A DNA stretch of 24,922 nucleotides from Myxococcota bacterium (lineage in GTDB: Bacteria > Myxococcota > JACRCW01), in contig JBFMGU010000160.1 of assembly GCA_040752415.1 (NCBI GenBank), forward strand, positions 1-24,922, read 5' to 3'. Shown here in pieces: positions 20,010-24,922 of the stretch (positions are counted from its first letter, which is position 1; each line of letters opens with the position of its first letter). The notes beneath the pieces were generated by a model. The model saw only the letters and a program-made list of their open reading frames with translations. It searched no databases and was not told where the DNA came from. The translations under genes were made by a program, and so were the position numbers.

Positions 20010-20858
20010 ATGATCCAATACGACGCACACAACTGGCGCGAGCACCTGTGGGACGTGAAGGGCTCCATGGTCGCGGACATTGCTGCGCGCGTGATGGCGT
20101 GCGTGGCGTGGTCCGCGGCCGTGACGTGGGTCCACCTCAAGGTCACCCCGGTGGCATTCCCCGCCACGCTGCACTCCCTGGTGGGCCTGGCGCTGGGCCT
20201 GCTGCTGGTGTTCCGCACCAACGCCTCCTACGACCGCTTCTGGGAAGGCCGGAAGCTCTGGGGTGGCATTGTCAATGAGACGCGCAACCTGGCCCGCGCC
20301 AGCCGCGCGCTCATCTCCGACGACGCGCTGGTGCGCGAGATCGTGGGCTGGACCGTGGCGTTCCCCTACGCGTGCATGCACTCGCTGCGCGGGGTGAAGT
20401 CGCTGGGCGCCGCCGCGGATGCGCTTCCGCCCGACGAGGTGGCCGAGGTGGTGAAGGCCGCGCACGTCCCCACCGCGGTGGCGCTGCGCATCAGCCAGAC
20501 GCTGCAACGCGCGCGGCTGCAGGGCCTCATCAGCGACTACGTGCAGATGACCGTCGACGCGAACGTGCAGCAGCTCATCGACTACATTGGTGGTTGCGAG
20601 CGCATCCACAAGACGCCGCTGCCGTTTGCCTACGTGGTGCATCTCCGTCGGGCGCTCATCCTCTACACGTTCACGCTGCCGTTCGCGCTGGTGGATTCCT
20701 TTGGCTGGGGAACCGTGCTGGGCACGCTGGTGCTCGCGTACACGTTCTTCGGCATCGAGGAGATCGGCGTGGAGATCGAGGATCCCTTCGGGGAGGACGA
20801 CAACGATCTCCCGCTGGAGGACATCTGCCGTACCATCGAGACCAACCTCAAGGGCTGA
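20010..20858 (+). CDS. Bestrophin-family (YneE/UPF0187) channel, copy 1
   Basis: LLLVFRTNASYDRFWEGRKLWG, GGCERIHKTPLPFAY, EIEDPFGEDDNDLPL. Confidence 0.93.
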   Translation: MIQYDAHNWREHLWDVKGSMVADIAARVMACVAWSAAVTWVHLKVTPVAFPATLHSLVGLALGLLLVFRTNASYDRFWEGRKLWGGIVNETRNLARASRALISDDALVREIVGWTVAFPYACMHSLRGVKSLGAAADALPPDEVAEVVKAAHVPTAVALRISQTLQRARLQGLISDYVQMTVDANVQQLIDYIGGCERIHKTPLPFAYVVHLRRALILYTFTLPFALVDSFGWGTVLGTLVLAYTFFGIEEIGVEIEDPFGEDDNDLPLEDICRTIETNLKG

Positions 20859-20876
20859 GGAGCGGGGGGAGGAAAC

Positions 20877-21800
20877 GTGATCGTCCGTCGGAACCTGCGG
20901 CTCCGCGTGGTGCTGCGCTACGGCTGGAAGGTCCTGGCCACCAGCACGCTCGCGGCGTTGGCGTTGGCGTACGCGTACCACGTGCTGGGCTGGCAGCACC
21001 TGCGCATTCCCTTCTCCGCCGTCGGGGCGCTCTCCACCGCGCTCGCCATCTTCCTCGCCTTCCGCAACAACACCTCCTATGACCGCTGGTGGGAGGCACG
21101 GAAGCTGTGGGGGCAGCTCATCAACAGCAGCCGCTCCTTCGCGCGGCAGGTGACCACGCTTCTCACGGTGCCCGCGGGCGGGGCGTTGTCGTCGGAGGAA
21201 CTGCGGGGCGTTCAGCGGGAGCTGGTGCACCGTCAGATTGCCTTTGCCCACGCGCTGCGCTTCCACCTGCGCAAGCAGCCCCAGCTCCTCGACGAGATTT
21301 CCGCCCTGCTCTCCCGCGAGGAGCTGGCACGCGCCAAGACCAGCCGCAACGTGCCCGCGTACCTGCTGCAGCGCCAAGGCGAGCGCCTGGCCGAGCTGTC
21401 CCGTCAGGGCTTGATGAACCACCACGTGCTGCTCGCGCTGGACCGCACGCTCACCGAGCTGGCCAACGTGCAGGGCGGCTGCGAGCGCATCAAGAACACG
21501 CCGCTCCCTCGTCAGTACGACTTCTACCCGCGCGTCTTCGTGTACCTGTACACGGTGTTCCTGCCCTTCGGGTTGGTGGCGGAGATGGGCTGGCTCACGC
21601 CAGTGGTCAGCGTGCCCATCAGCTTCCTGTTCAAGGCGCTGGAAGGCGTTGGCGCGGTGAATGAGGACCCGTTCGAGAACCGCATCCAGGACACGCCACT
21701 CACCGCGTTGTGCCGCACCATCGAGGTCAACCTGCGGGAAGTGCTCGGCGAGACCGACCTCCCGCCCGCCCTGGAGCCCGTGGACGGCTACCTCTTCTGA
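20877..21800 (+). CDS. Bestrophin-family (YneE/UPF0187) channel, copy 2
   Basis: FLAFRNNTSYDRWWEARKLWG, GGCERIKNTPLPRQY, NEDPFENRIQDTPL. Strong RBS GGAGG before GTG. Confidence 0.93.
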   Translation: MIVRRNLRLRVVLRYGWKVLATSTLAALALAYAYHVLGWQHLRIPFSAVGALSTALAIFLAFRNNTSYDRWWEARKLWGQLINSSRSFARQVTTLLTVPAGGALSSEELRGVQRELVHRQIAFAHALRFHLRKQPQLLDEISALLSREELARAKTSRNVPAYLLQRQGERLAELSRQGLMNHHVLLALDRTLTELANVQGGCERIKNTPLPRQYDFYPRVFVYLYTVFLPFGLVAEMGWLTPVVSVPISFLFKALEGVGAVNEDPFENRIQDTPLTALCRTIEVNLREVLGETDLPPALEPVDGYLF

Positions 21801-21924
21801 CGCCCGAGCCCACGACCGCGCTCCCTTGTCATTCTGTCACCGCTCGATTGGCGCAACCGCCGGCTTGGTGCCAGAGTGGCTCGCCATCGCGCCGGTGAGG
21901 CCGTGTTCTCCGTCGTCGACGCCG

Positions 21925-21939
21925 TGGCATGACCCTTGC
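21925..21939 (+). promoter_or_regulatory. Sigma-54 (-24/-12) promoter
   Basis: TGGCATG-ACCC-TTGC versus consensus TGGCACG-N4-TTGC (one mismatch), with exact GG-N10-GC spacing, in the intergenic region before the permeases. Confidence 0.72.
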
Positions 21940-21952
21940 GCATGGGACCCGC

Positions 21953-23170
21953 ATGACCAGCCTGCAGCTCGCCGTCCGCAATGTTGCGCGCAACCGACGT
22001 CGCTCATTGTTGGCAGCGTCCGCGGTGTTCTTTGGTGTTTTTGCGCTGCTGTGCATCCGGGGCTCGCTCAACGGGCTGCAGACTGCGTTGCGCTCGGTTC
22101 TCGTCGAGCGGCACTCCGGTGCGCTGCAGGTCCACCGCGCGGGCTACCTCAAGCAGGTGGTGGGCACGCCGCTCTCGTTGTCCATGAAGGTCGATGACGG
22201 GCTCTTGGAGCGCATCCGGAGCGTGGAGCACGTGGTGGGGGTGAGCCCGCGGCTGGTGTTTGGCGGGATGCTCAGCGCCAATGACACCACGGCGTTGGCG
22301 GTGGTGACGGCGTTTGACCCCGCGCGTGAATACCAGGTCTGCCCGGCCAAGCCGCAGGACGTCACCAACGGGAAGCCGGTGAGCGCGGAGGCTCTGGACG
22401 GAGTGGTGGCGGCCTCGTCGCTGTTGCGTCGACTGAAGTGGGACGGTTCCACGCCCGGCGCCATCCTGGCCGGAGACCGCGACGGAGTGCTCAACGCCGT
22501 CGACGTCAAGCCGAGCGGTTCCCTGGGACTGCCCAACGTGCCGGGGCTGGAGTCCCGGACGGTGCTGATGACGCTGGCGCACGCGCAGGAGCTGTTGCGC
22601 ATGCCGGGAGAGGCCACGGAGATCGCCATTGCCGTCGACGACATCCGCTACACGCGGGAGGTGCGCGACGCGCTGCAGGCGCTGTTGGGCTCCGGGTACG
22701 AGGTGCACAGCTGGGAGGACCTGGCGCCCGCGGTGAAGGGCGACCAGCACAACCAGGAGGTCATCTTCGCGGTGCTGGTGGCGGTGTTCCTGCTCGCGGC
22801 GTTGGTGGGCATCTCCAACACCATGCTCGTCAACATGCTGGAGCGCACGCGCGAGATTGGCACCATGGTCTCGCTGGGCATGCGTCGCGGCCGTTTGCTG
22901 AGCCTGTTCATCGTCGAGGGCGTGGCGTTGGCGTTGCTGGGATGCGCGCTGGGCATCCTCGGGTCCGCGTTGTTCCTGGCGTACTTCAACCACGTGGGCT
23001 TCCACGTGAAGGCCGTGGGCGGCGGCGTGCTGCACATCTATCCCGTCCTGGGGCCGGTGCAGGCGTTGGAGCTGACCCTCACCTGCGCGGCGGGCGCGGT
23101 GGTGGCGTCGTTGTATCCCGCGTGGAAGGCCTCGCGCATGACGCCCATGTCGGCCATGACCGCGGCGTGA
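21953..23170 (+). CDS. ABC transporter permease, FtsX/MacB/LolC-E type, copy 1
   Basis: LAVRNVARNRRRSLL, large periplasmic domain, VHSWEDL, ISNTMLVNMLERTREIGTMVSLG, SLYPAWKASRMTP. ATG 21953 is preferred because ATG 21929 lies inside the promoter. Confidence 0.92.
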   Translation: MTSLQLAVRNVARNRRRSLLAASAVFFGVFALLCIRGSLNGLQTALRSVLVERHSGALQVHRAGYLKQVVGTPLSLSMKVDDGLLERIRSVEHVVGVSPRLVFGGMLSANDTTALAVVTAFDPAREYQVCPAKPQDVTNGKPVSAEALDGVVAASSLLRRLKWDGSTPGAILAGDRDGVLNAVDVKPSGSLGLPNVPGLESRTVLMTLAHAQELLRMPGEATEIAIAVDDIRYTREVRDALQALLGSGYEVHSWEDLAPAVKGDQHNQEVIFAVLVAVFLLAALVGISNTMLVNMLERTREIGTMVSLGMRRGRLLSLFIVEGVALALLGCALGILGSALFLAYFNHVGFHVKAVGGGVLHIYPVLGPVQALELTLTCAAGAVVASLYPAWKASRMTPMSAMTAA

Positions 23171-23179
23171 GGAGCAGAC

Positions 23180-24394
23180 ATGGGCGCCCTGGCTTCCGTC
23201 GCGGTCCGCAACATCCTGCGCAACAAGCGGCGCACCATGTTGACGCTGCTGGCCATCATCCTCGGCGTGGCGGCCACCATCTTCGTGCACGCTTTCGTGG
23301 GCGGATTCCTGGGGCTCATCACCAACGTGCTGGTGCAGGGACGCGTGGGCGCCATCCAGGTGCACCGCAAGGGTTTTCTCGACGCGGAGACCGACCCGCT
23401 CCGGTTTGACCTGCCCCACGACGACGCGCTCATGCAGAAGCTCCGCGCCGTGCCCGGTGTGGCGGAGGTGACCCCGCGCATTGTGTTCGAGGCGATGCTC
23501 AGCAACGGCGCGCAGAGCACCATGGCGCTGGTCACCGCGGTGCATCCGCCATTGGAGCGCAGGGTCTGTCCGCAGCGGTGGGCGGCGGTGCGCGACAAGG
23601 ACTTCGTACCGCAGCGTCCCGGAGATTCGCTGGTGGGTCGCTTCCTGCTGGAGGGACTGTCCGCCAAGGATGACGACGTGCTCACCATGTCCGCGACGAC
23701 GCAGGCGGGCGCCTCCAACGCACTGGACCTGCGTGTGGTCAGCCCCCTGGGCACCACCGACCCGCTGATGTCCAAGCGCATGGTCGAGGTGGACCTGGGT
23801 TACGCGCAGGAGCTGCTGACCATGTCCGGGCGCGTGACGGAATACGCCGTGGCGCTGCAGCCGGGTGCACAGATTGACGTCGTGGCGGAGGGGCTGCGCA
23901 ACGCGCTGGGACCGGACATGGACGTCCACACCTGGCTCCAGCTGCTCCCCGAGGTGGCCGACGGCGTGGATTCCATGGGCGTGGTGTTGTGGTTCGTGGT
24001 GGCGTTGTTGTTCCTGCTGGTGCTCTCCGGCATTGCCAACACCATGCTGATGGCGGTGCATGAGCGCACGCGGGAGATTGGCACCATGCTGGCCATGGGC
24101 ATCCGACGACGTCAGATCCTGGGCGTGTTCCTCGTGGAGTCGTTGGCGCTCGGCGTGGTGGGCGGGGTGGTGGGCGGCATCCTGGGATTCCTCATCGTCA
24201 GCGTCACCAACCACACCGGCATTCCGCTCAAGCCCCCGGAGTCGGAGATCGACAACTTCCTGCGCCCCGCCACCACCGTGGCCTTCGTGCTCTCCACCAT
24301 GGCCGGCGCGGGCATTGGCGCGGTGATTGCCGCCATCCAACCGGCGCGTCGCGCCGCGCGGCTCAGCCCGGTGGAAGCCCTGCGCAACGAGTGA
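23180..24394 (+). CDS. ABC transporter permease, FtsX/MacB/LolC-E type, copy 2
   Basis: AVRNILRNKRRTMLT, IANTMLMAVHERTREIGTMLAMG, QPARRAARLSPVEALR. RBS GAGGAG. Confidence 0.93.
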   Translation: MGALASVAVRNILRNKRRTMLTLLAIILGVAATIFVHAFVGGFLGLITNVLVQGRVGAIQVHRKGFLDAETDPLRFDLPHDDALMQKLRAVPGVAEVTPRIVFEAMLSNGAQSTMALVTAVHPPLERRVCPQRWAAVRDKDFVPQRPGDSLVGRFLLEGLSAKDDDVLTMSATTQAGASNALDLRVVSPLGTTDPLMSKRMVEVDLGYAQELLTMSGRVTEYAVALQPGAQIDVVAEGLRNALGPDMDVHTWLQLLPEVADGVDSMGVVLWFVVALLFLLVLSGIANTMLMAVHERTREIGTMLAMGIRRRQILGVFLVESLALGVVGGVVGGILGFLIVSVTNHTGIPLKPPESEIDNFLRPATTVAFVLSTMAGAGIGAVIAAIQPARRAARLSPVEALRNE

Positions 24395-24501
24395 GCGCGG
24401 ACGCGCACTTGCACGCCACCGCACCATTCTGCGCCGCGGTGAGCCTTCCGTGACGACGTCAAACTGCTGCAAACCCAAGCACGTGGCCGCACATTGGCGG
24501 C

Positions 24502-24900
24502 ATGCACCACGTCACGCATGACGGCGCCGCGTTGGCCGCGGCCTGTGTGGGTCCGGGAGTTGCCTCGTGCACGGTGTGTCACGCGCCGCTCACCGGAGCC
24601 GAGCCCTACTGGATGACCGAGTATCCGCGCGGAGAGCACACGCGGTGTCGCCAATGGCGTCGGCATCCGTACCCGTTCCTACGCCAGATCGGGGTGCTGC
24701 GTCGTTTGTGGCGGATGGCGTCGTCGGAGGGAGCGCGCCAGGAGCTGGTGGCGGCGGGACGTTGGCTCACGCAGCAGGCGGCGCGGTGGCCGGAGCAGGC
24801 CAGCGCGGAGATGGTGGTGGAGACGCTGGCGCGGCTGCGCTCGTTGCGCATGGTGCTGAACGCGCACGGGTTGGACCGCAAGCTGGTGGGGCAGTTGTAG
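24502..24900 (+). CDS. Hypothetical protein with putative C-x2-C-x19-H-x2-C zinc finger
   Basis: CTVC...HTRC followed by a helical, basic C-terminus. Start uncertain and no clear RBS. Confidence 0.5.
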   Translation: MHHVTHDGAALAAACVGPGVASCTVCHAPLTGAEPYWMTEYPRGEHTRCRQWRRHPYPFLRQIGVLRRLWRMASSEGARQELVAAGRWLTQQAARWPEQASAEMVVETLARLRSLRMVLNAHGLDRKLVGQL

Positions 24901-24922
24901 GGTCACGGCTGCTGCGACGCCG

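Noticed and set aside
21826..21840. TGTCA direct repeat as a Pho box
   Set aside because: The repeat period is 8 nt, not the 11 nt of PhoB boxes.
22004..24478. 824-aa antisense ORF, and similar long shadow ORFs (12941-15271, 7765-9498, 4996-6669, 19878-21425, 17599-18993, 3783-5069)
   Set aside because: They mirror well-supported genes on the opposite strand, have His/Gln/Arg/Gly-rich nonsense composition, and are expected from stop-codon scarcity in high-GC3 DNA.
24395..24501. GCAAACC motif suggesting a c-di-GMP-I riboswitch
   Set aside because: The following GNRA-capped stem and GCAAAG element are absent.

Overview
High-GC bacterial chromosomal segment whose gene content suggests a myxobacterium or related deltaproteobacterium (inference). 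It holds 22 credible CDSs, and no rRNA, tRNA, CRISPR array or mobile element was recognised. Left to right: a 5'-truncated, very large sigma-54 enhancer-binding protein (degenerate STAND-type NTPase, TPRs, GAFTGA AAA+, Fis HTH); an orphan lipoprotein with a duplicated 10-aa motif; an internally duplicated membrane protein; an MshEN-receiver-TPR protein coupled to truA; a minus-strand unit of a polar amino-acid ABC importer plus a PHP-fold lipoprotein; a TlpA-like thioredoxin, an NHL-repeat lipoprotein, cstA and a small Cys-rich lipoprotein; three overlapping parvulin/SurA-PrsA chaperone genes; two small exported proteins; two tandem divergent bestrophins; two LolC/E-FtsX-like permeases behind a near-consensus sigma-54 promoter with no ATPase gene alongside; and a small putative Zn-finger ORF. 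The best leads are the STAND-TPR-EBP with its neighbouring lipoprotein, the c-di-GMP/phosphorylation integrator, the PPIase trio with graded loss of active-site histidines, the bestrophin pair, and several apparently leaderless promoters. All calls come from reading motifs by eye; no database searches were run.
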